NCBI RefSeq assembly: GCF_000025665.1
Contig: NC_013926.1
Coordinates: forward strand, 930,001 to 962,000
Reading direction: 5' to 3'
Source of the DNA: Aciduliprofundum boonei T469
GTDB lineage: Archaea > Thermoplasmatota > Thermoplasmata > Thermoplasmatales > Aciduliprofundaceae
DNA: 32,000 bases
Positions 1 through 7,310 of the stretch are shown here, in pieces. The position numbers and the translations under genes are program-made. Numbering within the stretch: the first letter of the stretch is position 1; every line of letters begins with the position of its first letter. The notes beneath the pieces were generated by a model. It made no database searches. It saw only the letters and a program-made list of their open reading frames with translations, and was not told where the DNA came from.

Positions 1-642
1 TGATACCAACACGATACCGATTAGACCTTTTGGAATTTTTATTTTCTCCCTTTCGGTGTATGTGGGCATATCTGGAAGTGCGAAGTAAATATAAGATATG
101 AAAAGCGGAGCAGCCAACCCAAGCGCTATGTAGTACCATCTTGCAGCTTCCACACTTGGTATGAGTGAAAAGTAGACGAAAGCAGCAAGATAAGTTAAAA
201 TACCCGCGGCGGATGGTACTATCCAGTGCCATATGTATGCTTCTTCAAGCAAATCTTTTGGATAGAGCTCTTTCTCGTAAACATTGGAGGCAAAGGTAAA
301 GAGCATGGCTGTGGAGAATATCACTCTTCCCGCAAATATCCAGAGTCCGTTTTTGGCCAGTCCGAATATTACGAATGCTACTCCAATTAAAGCTTCAGTG
401 GTTATCATATAATATTTTGCATTTATTTTCTTATCTGAGAGATGTCCAAGGATTGGAAGAAGAATGGCTGTGAGGAGAGAAGCCCCACTAACTACCGAGC
501 CAACATACATGGGCGAATAGCCAAGGAGAAAGAGATAGGCGTTGAATATTACGAACCCTATTATCCCTGGCTGCGCTATTGCGTAATAAATTATGAGCCG
601 CCTTGCATCCTTTGGTAGGGAATTAAAAGGGGCTATTCTCAC
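1..642 (-). CDS. MFS-type membrane transporter, N-terminal part (gene continues beyond the window start)
   Basis: Not in the ORF track because it is open to the window edge. Manual minus-strand translation from GTG at 642 gives VRIAPFNSLPKDARRLIIYYAIAQPGIIGFVIFNAYLFLLGYSPMYVGSVVSGASLLTAILLPILGHLSDKKINAKYY... This is a series of hydrophobic helices with an MFS motif-A-like loop (GHLSDKKINAK). The frame is open to position 1. GTG 642 is the first start codon after the upstream stop at 667-669. A TATA-like CATATAAATAG lies about 26 nt upstream, so the transcript may be leaderless. Confidence 0.6.
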   Translation of the reverse strand, partial: MRIAPFNSLPKDARRLIIYYAIAQPGIIGFVIFNAYLFLLGYSPMYVGSVVSGASLLTAILLPILGHLSDKKINAKYYMITTEALIGVAFVIFGLAKNGLWIFAGRVIFSTAMLFTFASNVYEKELYPKDLLEEAYIWHWIVPSAAGILTYLAAFVYFSLIPSVEAARWYYIALGLAAPLFISYIYFALPDMPTYTEREKIKIPKGLIGIVLVS

Positions 643-714
643 GCAGGTAAATTCGGATATGCCTATTTATATGTTAATCCTCACTTTTTTATATCCTTTT
701 GTCATTTCCTAAAT

Positions 715-957
715 ATGATTGAGGCAGGTACGCATGAAAAGGGCGATGTTTTTGTGAGCATAGAGGAAGGTAAGAGGGAAGTTATTGTCAAAAGCAAACT
801 CGAGAGGTTGTATGGGGATGCTATTAGAGAAACAGTTGAAGAGGTAACGAGGGGAATAGAAGCAAAGATAGTTGTTGAAGACCTTGGGGCTTTGGACTGG
901 GTTCTCCGTGCCAGGTTAGAGGCAGCCATAAGAAAGTATGGGGGTGAAAAGATATGA
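715..957 (+). CDS. citD: Citrate lyase acyl-carrier (gamma) subunit homolog, short form lacking the canonical prosthetic-group serine
   Basis: The 80-aa protein aligns by eye to E. coli CitD (AGTLESGDV...FGDAIR...DKGALDCILRARLEA versus AGTHEKGDV...YGDAIR...DLGALDWVLRARLEA). It has an ATGA overlap with citE. Lys (AAG 739-741) sits where Ser14 is expected. Confidence 0.8.
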   Translation: MIEAGTHEKGDVFVSIEEGKREVIVKSKLERLYGDAIRETVEEVTRGIEAKIVVEDLGALDWVLRARLEAAIRKYGGEKI

Positions 958-1802
958 AACTTCGAAGAACTCGTTTATATATCCCTGGAAACAATCCACA
1001 TCTTGTTGAAAATGCTGGGTTGTATGGTGCGGATGCTGTCATTCTTGATCTTGAAGATTCTGTGCCAATAACCCAAAAATTTGATGCAAGAATATTGGTG
1101 AAATATTCCCTTCAGAATGTCGATTTTGGAAAGAGCGAGAAATGGGTCAGAATAAATGGAATTGATACTCCATACTGGAAAAAGGACTTAGAGGAGATAT
1201 TGCCATATTGCGATGTTATAAATCTCCCCAAGGTTGAAAGCTTGGAGGATGTCAATGCTGCTGACCAGGAGATGAGTTTGATTGAAGATGATAATGGGTT
1301 AGAGCCAAGAAAGCTCGTGCCTATTATTGAGACTGTCAGGGGATTAAAGAATGCAAGGGACATTGCAACTCATCCTCGTGTTGTCGCTCTTGCTTGGGGT
1401 GGCGAAGATTTAACTGCAGATTTAGGAATACCGAGGAAGAAGGCTTTAATTCTTGATTATGTTCGCGCTGAAATAGTTTTAGCTGCTAAGGCAGAAAAGA
1501 AGCAGGCTTTAGACACTGTATTTAGCAATGTTAAGGACACGGAGGGTTTATTCAACTACGCTCAGCGTGCCAGGTACATGGGATTTGATGGGATAGGTGT
1601 GATTCATCCAAACCAAATTGAAGTAGTGCACAGGGCCTTTAAACCAACGGATGAAGAGATAGAAGAGGCAAGGAGAATAATTGAGGCAGCTAAGGAAGCT
1701 GAGAGGGAAGGTAAAGCTGTGATTTCTCTAAATGGAAGGATGATAGACCCGCCTGTTGTAGAAAGAGCAAGGAAAATTTTGGCTCTTGCGGAGGTGGATT
1801 AA
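954..1802 (+). CDS. citE: Citrate lyase beta subunit / citryl-CoA lyase (HpcH/HpaI aldolase family)
   Basis: 282 aa. The N-terminus RRTRLYIPGNNPHLVENAGLYGADAVILDLEDSV is typical of CitE, and an ...GEDLTADLG... motif is present. The gene is translationally coupled to citD and abuts citF. Confidence 0.88.
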   Translation: MKLRRTRLYIPGNNPHLVENAGLYGADAVILDLEDSVPITQKFDARILVKYSLQNVDFGKSEKWVRINGIDTPYWKKDLEEILPYCDVINLPKVESLEDVNAADQEMSLIEDDNGLEPRKLVPIIETVRGLKNARDIATHPRVVALAWGGEDLTADLGIPRKKALILDYVRAEIVLAAKAEKKQALDTVFSNVKDTEGLFNYAQRARYMGFDGIGVIHPNQIEVVHRAFKPTDEEIEEARRIIEAAKEAEREGKAVISLNGRMIDPPVVERARKILALAEVD

Positions 1803-3338
1803 ATGCCAATAAATGCGGTAGGTCGTGAGGTACCAAGTGAGATAAACGGGCAAAGGTTCAAGCCATTTGCAGGAGATTTGAAAACTCCTCCAGAAGGAAG
1901 GCGTGCAGGTTCTCTTATAAGAATGGCTCCAAGAAGCAGAAGTAAGGTTGTAAATTCATTGGAGGAAGTAATCAAAAAGGTTGGGTTGGAGGATGGAATG
2001 ACCGTGAGCTTCCATCATCACCTTCGCAACGGGGATTTCGTTGTGAATATGGTTATGGAGACAATAAGGAAGATGGGAATAAAGGATATCCGTGTATTTC
2101 CAACTGCGTTATTTCCCGTTCACGAGCCCTTAGTGCCCATGCTCACCGATGGAACCATAAGGAGAATAGAGGGAAGTATGAATGGACCATTGGGTGAGGC
2201 AACAAGCTATGGAGTTATGCGTGAAACAGCAGTGCTTCGCTCCCATAGTGGAAGGGTTCGAGCCGTGGAAAGCGAAGAGGTGCATATTGATGTTGCTTTT
2301 ATAGCCGCTCCTACTGCAGACCCTTACGGAAATTTAAATGGCGTTGATGGTCCTTCTGCCTGTGGACCTTTGGCGTACGGAATGGTGGATGCTTACCATG
2401 CTGATCACACTGTTGCAATAACTGATCATCTCGTACCTTACCCTGCTCATCCAATAAGCATATTCCAGCATCAGATTGATTATGTGGTGCCTGTGGATAG
2501 GATAGGAGACCCGCAGGGAATAATGTCAGGAACTCTGCGCATAACTACATCTCCATCAAGGTTAAAAATTGCAAGATATGCCTTGGAAGTTATAGATAGA
2601 GTGGCTTTGAGAGATGGCTTTTCTTTCCAAGCGGGAGCTGGAGGAATATCTTTGGCAGTTACGAAATTCCTTGGAGATTTGATGCGTAAAAGAGGAATAA
2701 AAGCATCTTTTATCAATGGGGGAGTTACAAAATATGTGGTGGACATGCTCCATGAAGGCCTTGTGGATGTTGTATTTGATGGGCAGGCCTTTGACTTGGA
2801 TGCAGTAAAGTCTCTAAAAGAGGATAAAAACCATATAGAAACTCCACTTGCAATGTATGGTAATCCGTATTCTTCTGGTGGAATAGTGAATATGCTTGAT
2901 GTAGGGGTTCTAGGAGCTACAGAAGTAGACATAGATTTCAATGTGAATGTGAATACCCACAGTGATGGCTTGCTTCTTCACGGCATAGGGGGGCATCAGG
3001 AAGTTGCTGCTGGTTCTGCTTTGACAATAATAACTGTACCATTGTACAGATATCGGGTTCCCGTGATTCGTGAGAGAGTTACCACGGTGACCACTCCTGG
3101 AGAGGTTGTTGATGTGGTGGTAACAGAACATGGCATAGCAATAAATCCAAAAAGAGATGATATAATTGAGGCAATGCGCGGCAGTAAGGTACCTATATGG
3201 GATATCCAAGATCTGCAGAAGAAAGCATATCAAATTTGCGGAAAGCCTCAGGAGCCTAAAACCACAGATGACATAATAGCAGCAATACTCTGGCGTGATG
3301 GCACTATTATCGATGTTGTTTATAAGGTCAAAAAATAA
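1803..3338 (+). CDS. citF: Citrate lyase alpha subunit (citrate CoA-transferase)
   Basis: 511 aa, the length and sequence character of CitF (N-terminal NAVGREVP..., SFHHHLRNGD motif). The start codon directly follows the citE stop (TAAATG). Confidence 0.88.
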   Translation: MPINAVGREVPSEINGQRFKPFAGDLKTPPEGRRAGSLIRMAPRSRSKVVNSLEEVIKKVGLEDGMTVSFHHHLRNGDFVVNMVMETIRKMGIKDIRVFPTALFPVHEPLVPMLTDGTIRRIEGSMNGPLGEATSYGVMRETAVLRSHSGRVRAVESEEVHIDVAFIAAPTADPYGNLNGVDGPSACGPLAYGMVDAYHADHTVAITDHLVPYPAHPISIFQHQIDYVVPVDRIGDPQGIMSGTLRITTSPSRLKIARYALEVIDRVALRDGFSFQAGAGGISLAVTKFLGDLMRKRGIKASFINGGVTKYVVDMLHEGLVDVVFDGQAFDLDAVKSLKEDKNHIETPLAMYGNPYSSGGIVNMLDVGVLGATEVDIDFNVNVNTHSDGLLLHGIGGHQEVAAGSALTIITVPLYRYRVPVIRERVTTVTTPGEVVDVVVTEHGIAINPKRDDIIEAMRGSKVPIWDIQDLQKKAYQICGKPQEPKTTDDIIAAILWRDGTIIDVVYKVKK

Positions 3339-3356
3339 TTTTTAATTTAATTTTTT
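3339..3356 (+). terminator. Oligo-T tract downstream of citF (archaeal-type termination signal); shared convergent zone with the 5S rRNA 3' end
   Basis: The sequence tttttaatttaatttttt lies immediately after the citF stop codon (3336-3338). Confidence 0.35.
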
Positions 3357-3374
3357 AGATAAATTGGATAAGAT

Positions 3375-3496
3375 GGTGACAGCGAACCGTGCTTCCCGGG
3401 AGCTCGCGCATCCCAGTACGCACACGGTACGCGGGCGGGCTTAACTGCCGGGTTCGGAATGAGACCGGGTGTTTCCCCGCCGCTATGACCGTCACC
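3375..3496 (-). rRNA. rrf: 5S ribosomal RNA
   Basis: The reverse complement reads GGTGACGGTCATAGCGGCGGGGAAACACCCGGTCTCATTCCGAACCCGGCAGTTAAGCCCGCCCGCGTACCGTGTGCGTACTGGGATGCGCGAGCTCCCGGGAAGCACGGTTCGCTGTCACC. It is 122 nt, with conserved CCGAAC, AGTTAAGC and GTACTGGG elements and a complementary terminal helix. Confidence 0.9.
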
Positions 3497-3514
3497 AACC
3501 CCTGTATTATGGCT

Positions 3515-3526
3515 GTATATTTAATT
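3515..3526 (-). promoter_or_regulatory. Putative TATA box for the 5S rRNA
   Basis: On the minus strand this reads AATTAAATATAC, centred about 24 nt upstream of the 5S 5' end (3496). Confidence 0.35.
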
Positions 3527-3533
3527 CTTTCGC

Positions 3534-4091
3534 TTAGATTAGCCCTACATTCTCGAGCTCTTTTTTGAGCTTCTTTATTGCTTCTACGATCTCTTCTTTC
3601 TTCTTTGCACCTGTGCACACCACTTTGCCAGATCCAAAGAGAAGGAGCACAACTTTTGGCTCATCAATACGATACACCAATCCTGGGAATTGTTCTGGCT
3701 CGTACTCTACATTTTCCAGTCCGAGGGACATTGCTATATCCGTTAAATTCAGCTCCACTCCCAAATCATACACAGCCACAATGTTCTGCACAACGATTTT
3801 TGGATTGTCATATACTTCAATGCCCGCAGCTTTCAATTTATCCACTAATATTTTTATGGTTTTTTCAACTCTCTCAATATCCTTTGCTCCAGTACAATTA
3901 ACCTTTCCACTTCTGAAAATGAGAACGGCAGTTTTTGGTTCAGGAAGACGGTAAATCAATCCTGGAAACTGTTCTGGTTCGTACTCAGCGCCATCTAATG
4001 CAAGGGCAATCTTGCTTAAATCCAGCTTATCTGCAAGTGAGGTAGAAGCCACTATATTCTCTATTTGCACTTTCTCCATCTCATCCTCCAT
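3534..4091 (-). CDS. tbp: TATA-box binding protein
   Basis: 185 aa with the two TBP direct repeats (IENIVASTSL...EYEPEQFPGLIYRL...LIFRSGKVNCTGAK and VQNIVAVYDL...EYEPEQFPGLVYRI...LLFGSGKVVCTGAK). Confidence 0.95.
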   Translation of the reverse strand: MEDEMEKVQIENIVASTSLADKLDLSKIALALDGAEYEPEQFPGLIYRLPEPKTAVLIFRSGKVNCTGAKDIERVEKTIKILVDKLKAAGIEVYDNPKIVVQNIVAVYDLGVELNLTDIAMSLGLENVEYEPEQFPGLVYRIDEPKVVLLLFGSGKVVCTGAKKKEEIVEAIKKLKKELENVGLI

Positions 4092-4123
4092 TTAAATCAC
4101 CTTTAAATAGGGTTATGGGCAGG

Positions 4124-4134
4124 TTATATATAAA
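4124..4134 (-). promoter_or_regulatory. Putative TATA box of tbp, with a GGTGAT SD-like motif at 4095-4100
   Basis: On the minus strand this reads TTTATATATAA, about 33-43 nt upstream of the tbp ATG. GGTGAT lies a few nt upstream of the ATG. Confidence 0.35.
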
Positions 4135-4246
4135 CACTTCACAAAGCTATGATGTACATCCTTCCCTTTAACTCAATGAGTTTTTTTGGGAGGAAAAGCT
4201 CCTTCTTTCCGGGTAAAGCCGCTTTCTTTCTAAGAAAGGGGCTTAA

Positions 4247-4319
4247 TGCGGGTGCCGGGATTTGAACCCGGGGCAAAGCCGTGGCAGGGCCTCGTGTTAC
4301 CAGGCTACACCACACCCGC
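4247..4319 (-). tRNA. tRNA-Gly (anticodon GCC)
   Basis: The reverse complement GCGGGTGTGGTGTAGCCTGGTAACACGAGGCCCTGCCACGGCTTTGCCCCGGGTTCAAATCCCGGCACCCGCA folds as a cloverleaf. The acceptor stem is GCGGGTG/CACCCGC, the anticodon loop is CTGCCAC, and the T-arm is CCGGG-TTCAAAT-CCCGG. CCA is not encoded. Confidence 0.9.
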
Positions 4320-4341
4320 GCATTTGGGTGATATGATATCC

Positions 4342-4351
4342 AATATATAAG
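4342..4351 (-). promoter_or_regulatory. Putative TATA box for tRNA-Gly
   Basis: On the minus strand this reads CTTATATATT, centred about 27 nt upstream of the tRNA-Gly 5' end. Confidence 0.35.
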
Positions 4352-4356
4352 CGTAG

Positions 4357-4439
4357 CGCCGAGGGGGAGATTTGAACTCCCGAGGGCAGAGCCCAGTGGA
4401 TCTCGAATCCACCGCCTTGCCTGGCTAGGCTACCTCGGC
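4357..4439 (-). tRNA. tRNA-Ser (anticodon CGA), class II with a long variable arm
   Basis: The reverse complement is GCCGAGGTAGCCTAGCCAGGCAAGGCGGTGGATTCGAGATCCACTGGGCTCTGCCCTCGGGAGTTCAAATCTCCCCCTCGGCG. The acceptor stem is GCCGAGG/CCTCGGC, the anticodon loop is TTCGAGA, the variable arm is 14 nt (GGGC/GCCC stem), and the T-loop is TTCAAAT. Confidence 0.88.
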
Positions 4440-4490
4440 TCGCAAAAGGATTGATATTCCGTATTTAGATTTTTCTTCAAATAAAAAATG

Positions 4491-5420
4491 TTAAATTTTT
4501 GCTCTTAGAGACGCTATATCCTTGAGGAGCTCTTCTTTTTGTTTGGTTAGTTCTTTGATTCTTGTATTTAGGAACTTTATTTCACTCTGTAACTCTTCTA
4601 TCTCTTTCTCGAAATCCCTCAGTTTTTTCTCTTTCCTCTTATTTTCTTCCATAAGCCTGTCTATTTCTTTCTTGCTTGCTTGAAGTTTTTCTTCCCTCTC
4701 TACGAGTAGTCTTTGATAACCTGCCAACTCTTTTTCTTTTGTTATTAATTCCTTCTCCCAGTTCTTTAGCTTTTCCTCATACTCTGAATATTGTGCCCTC
4801 TTCTTCACTTCCAACTCATCAAGCTCTTTCAAGAGCAACTCTTTCTTTTTCTCAAGCTCAGCAATCTCCTCTTCTTTGCTTTCTATATTTCTCGCCCTTA
4901 ACTCGAGAGTATTTTTGAGATGCTCTATAGCTTTCTCTCTCTTAGAAAGCTCTACCTCTTCTTTCTTCTTTTCTTCATCCCACTTCTTGCGCTCTTCATC
5001 CCATTTGCTAATAATCTCCATTAAGCTTGATGTTTTATCTTCTACCTTTTTTAGAGAGTTTTTACTTTGCTCAATTAGGTTATTTAGTTCTTTTTCTCTT
5101 TCCTCTAAAGCTTTTTCTTTATCATCAATATTTTTCTCTCTCTCCAGAAGGGTATTTTCCACATCTTTTAATTTATCAATCATTGAATCAATAGTAGATA
5201 TCTTTTCAAACAGTTTTGATATTTTATCTTCCTTCTCCTCTATCTTCTTTTCTCTATCCTCAATTTCTTTATGCTTCTCAATTATCCCATCAATTTTTTC
5301 AAGGGCATCCTCTATTTTTTTATTTAATGTTGAATATTTCTTCATTAGCTCACTTATTTCCCTTTCATTCTCATACTCTGATTTTTTAGACCCACCAAAA
5401 AGCTTGCTCATGGTTTTCAC
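4491..5420 (-). CDS. Lys/Glu-rich coiled-coil protein of unknown function
   Basis: 309 aa, almost entirely heptad-like charged helix (EKEL, KKEEL and REKE runs), with no TM segment or catalytic motif. It has an ATGA overlap with the upstream coiled-coil ORF. Confidence 0.7.
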   Translation of the reverse strand: MKTMSKLFGGSKKSEYENEREISELMKKYSTLNKKIEDALEKIDGIIEKHKEIEDREKKIEEKEDKISKLFEKISTIDSMIDKLKDVENTLLEREKNIDDKEKALEEREKELNNLIEQSKNSLKKVEDKTSSLMEIISKWDEERKKWDEEKKKEEVELSKREKAIEHLKNTLELRARNIESKEEEIAELEKKKELLLKELDELEVKKRAQYSEYEEKLKNWEKELITKEKELAGYQRLLVEREEKLQASKKEIDRLMEENKRKEKKLRDFEKEIEELQSEIKFLNTRIKELTKQKEELLKDIASLRAKI

Positions 5421-5794
5421 CTCCTCAAGCTATCTTCTAATTCTAAGAGCATAAATCTCATCTTAGAAATGTATGCCCTCAAATCTTCTTCAAATGCATC
5501 TAATCTTTTGTCTATATCAGCCAGTTTGTTGAGCTTGCTTAAACTCTTATCTATAGAATCTTCAAGCTTTTTGCTCACATTTTTTGTGCTATCTTCAAAA
5601 TTTGAGATTATTTGAAAAGATGCAGTATTCAATTTTGCAGGCAAGGTATCAAGAATATCCTCTATATCACTTAATGTCTGAACCTTCTTATCTATCTCTT
5701 TCTGTCTTTTTAAAATAATATCCACCTTCTCATTTATTTCGTTAATCTGCTGCTTTAGAGATTCAATTTCTCTGAGTATATCGCTCTTCCCCAT
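5417..5794 (-). CDS. Small coiled-coil protein of unknown function
   Basis: The track ORF 5417..5878 would overlap the asparaginase gene. The internal ATG at 5794 (MGKSDILREIESLKQQINE...) removes that overlap and is preceded by TTTAAAT-type AT-rich sequence. Confidence 0.6.
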   Translation of the reverse strand: MGKSDILREIESLKQQINEINEKVDIILKRQKEIDKKVQTLSDIEDILDTLPAKLNTASFQIISNFEDSTKNVSKKLEDSIDKSLSKLNKLADIDKRLDAFEEDLRAYISKMRFMLLELEDSLRR

Positions 5795-5829
5795 GTTATA
5801 GAGATAGAGTGCAAAGAATTTAAATTTTT

Positions 5830-6654
5830 TCACTCTTTTTTGATCGCATAGGGCATAGTAAGGTTTGATAGTGCACATTCAGATTCTTTATCAATTGCTA
5901 TTATGCCTACGGGTATATCACCGAATCTCTCAAGTTCCTCTTTGCAAATTTCTTCCAATGGCATCTCACCTATTCTGTTGTACACATTTATTGAGAGCAT
6001 TCTCTTTATTATTTCTTCACCTATACCTGTGGCTACTACAGCTCCCTTTTCTCCGCAGTATATGCCAGCACCAGGGATTGGAGAATCACCTACTCTGCCT
6101 CGAAGGGTTAAGCTAGTTCCTCCTGTGGATACTGCAGCAGCAAAATCCCCATTGATTCTAGCTACCGCTCCAACGGTGTCTCCCAAGAATTCAAGGAAAA
6201 ATTCAGGATGATAGTACTCTGGTATTCCCCCATTTTTCAATTTTTTCAATATTCTCTCTCTCTTAGTTCTTGCCTTCTCTGTGGATGGGTCGTAGGATTC
6301 ATACCCCATTTTTCGAGCAAATTCTATTGCCCCATCTCCTGCCAAAATCAAGTGAGGGGATTTGAGCATAACATCCCTTGCAACGAGCACAGGATTCCTA
6401 ACATTTTCTATATTTATCACAGCTCCGAATTTTCCAGGTACCATCACGGCAGCATCCATCTGAATGCTTCCATCCAATCTCATATTGCTTCCTGTACCTG
6501 CATTGAATAAAGGGTCATCTTCCATAAGTACAACCGCTTTTACTACTGCATTAAGTGCATTTTTTTCTTTGAATGCAATATCTGCAAATTCTTCCACTTT
6601 TATTCTCAATTCACTCTTATTTGAGGCACCGCCATGGAGCACAAGAGAATTCAT
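5830..6654 (-). CDS. Isoaspartyl peptidase / L-asparaginase (plant-type, Ntn-hydrolase family)
   Basis: 274 aa with NAGTGS, the autoprocessing-site-like GDTVGAVA (Thr nucleophile), and GGTSLTLRGRVGDSPIPGAG motifs. Confidence 0.85.
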   Translation of the reverse strand: MNSLVLHGGASNKSELRIKVEEFADIAFKEKNALNAVVKAVVLMEDDPLFNAGTGSNMRLDGSIQMDAAVMVPGKFGAVINIENVRNPVLVARDVMLKSPHLILAGDGAIEFARKMGYESYDPSTEKARTKRERILKKLKNGGIPEYYHPEFFLEFLGDTVGAVARINGDFAAAVSTGGTSLTLRGRVGDSPIPGAGIYCGEKGAVVATGIGEEIIKRMLSINVYNRIGEMPLEEICKEELERFGDIPVGIIAIDKESECALSNLTMPYAIKKE

Positions 6655-6847
6655 AGATAGAGAATGTTGAGAATGCTTATAATTTTTATCTTCTCAATGC
6701 CAAATCTTATATCCATAAAATTGTATTATCACTTTTGTATTTATTAACGATATGTGGTGCATTACCTTAATCATTTTACGAATATCGGCTAAAATCCGTT
6801 GAAATATAAAATTTTATGTTTTATTCTTCAACATCTTACAAAAAATC

Positions 6848-6859
6848 TTTATATTAAAA
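6848..6859 (+). promoter_or_regulatory. Putative TATA box of the hdr-like operon; GGAGG SD at 6888-6892
   Basis: tttatattaaaa lies about 40-50 nt upstream of the hdrC ATG, and GGAGG ends 4 nt before the ATG. Confidence 0.35.
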
Positions 6860-6896
6860 GAATCATCGGGGTTCATCTTCCGTTAATGGAGGCTTT

Positions 6897-7301
6897 ATGA
6901 TGAAATACACAATAAAGGAGGATCCTCATAAAAACGAGTTGGTTCAGAAAGTTATGGAAATAAGCGGTGAAAACATTTTCTCCTGCTATCAGTGCGGTCG
7001 GTGTTCATCTGGCTGTCCAATGGCCGAGTTTATGGATGTCTTGCCCAACCAAGTTTTTATGTTCCTGCAGGAAGGGGATGTAGATACCCTATTGAATGCA
7101 AAGACGCCTTGGATCTGTGCTGCCTGTTTTACCTGCACAGTTCGCTGCCCTGTTGGCTTAGATTTGGCGGCTGTGATGGAAGCGATTCGCGAGTTGCAGC
7201 TTAGAAAGAATTACGATTATGTAGATCCATACAAAGTTGAGGATCGTGAAGAATTGCCACCAATCGCTCTGGTGAGTAATTTCAGAAAATTCACGCCTTG
7301 A
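6897..7301 (+). CDS. hdrC: Heterodisulfide reductase subunit C-like (2x[4Fe-4S] helical ferredoxin)
   Basis: 134 aa with CYQCGRCSSGCP and CAACFTCTVRCP motifs, positioned directly before hdrB. Confidence 0.85.
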   Translation: MMKYTIKEDPHKNELVQKVMEISGENIFSCYQCGRCSSGCPMAEFMDVLPNQVFMFLQEGDVDTLLNAKTPWICAACFTCTVRCPVGLDLAAVMEAIRELQLRKNYDYVDPYKVEDREELPPIALVSNFRKFTP

Positions 7302-7310
7302 GGTGAAAGA

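Noticed and set aside
3355-3618. 87-aa minus-strand ORF in the track
   Set aside because: It is laid almost entirely over the 5S rRNA gene and the tbp 3' end. The Arg-rich translation is what a GC-rich structured RNA produces by chance.
4145-4246. Possible C/D-box sRNA (ATGATGT ... AATGAG) and a 12-bp imperfect hairpin (4216-4244) just downstream of tRNA-Gly
   Set aside because: No credible D or D' (CTGA) boxes occur at the right spacing, and the candidate is too short for a C/D sRNA. The hairpin has a mismatch and no adjacent oligo-T on the transcribed strand, so no function can be supported.
4876-5454. 192-aa plus-strand Ser/Phe/Leu-rich ORF (and 4676..4918)
   Set aside because: It is the antisense shadow of the GAA/AAG-rich coiled-coil gene. 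The composition is low-complexity, there are no start signals, and the minus-strand gene is the one with translational coupling.
5795-5878. N-terminal extensions of track ORFs (5417..5878, 14468.., 16343.., 27235..28725, 28851..29858)
   Set aside because: The extended starts overlap the preceding gene or add atypical residues. Internal ATGs preceded by GGAGG/GGTGA motifs, or positioned right after the upstream stop, give better gene models.
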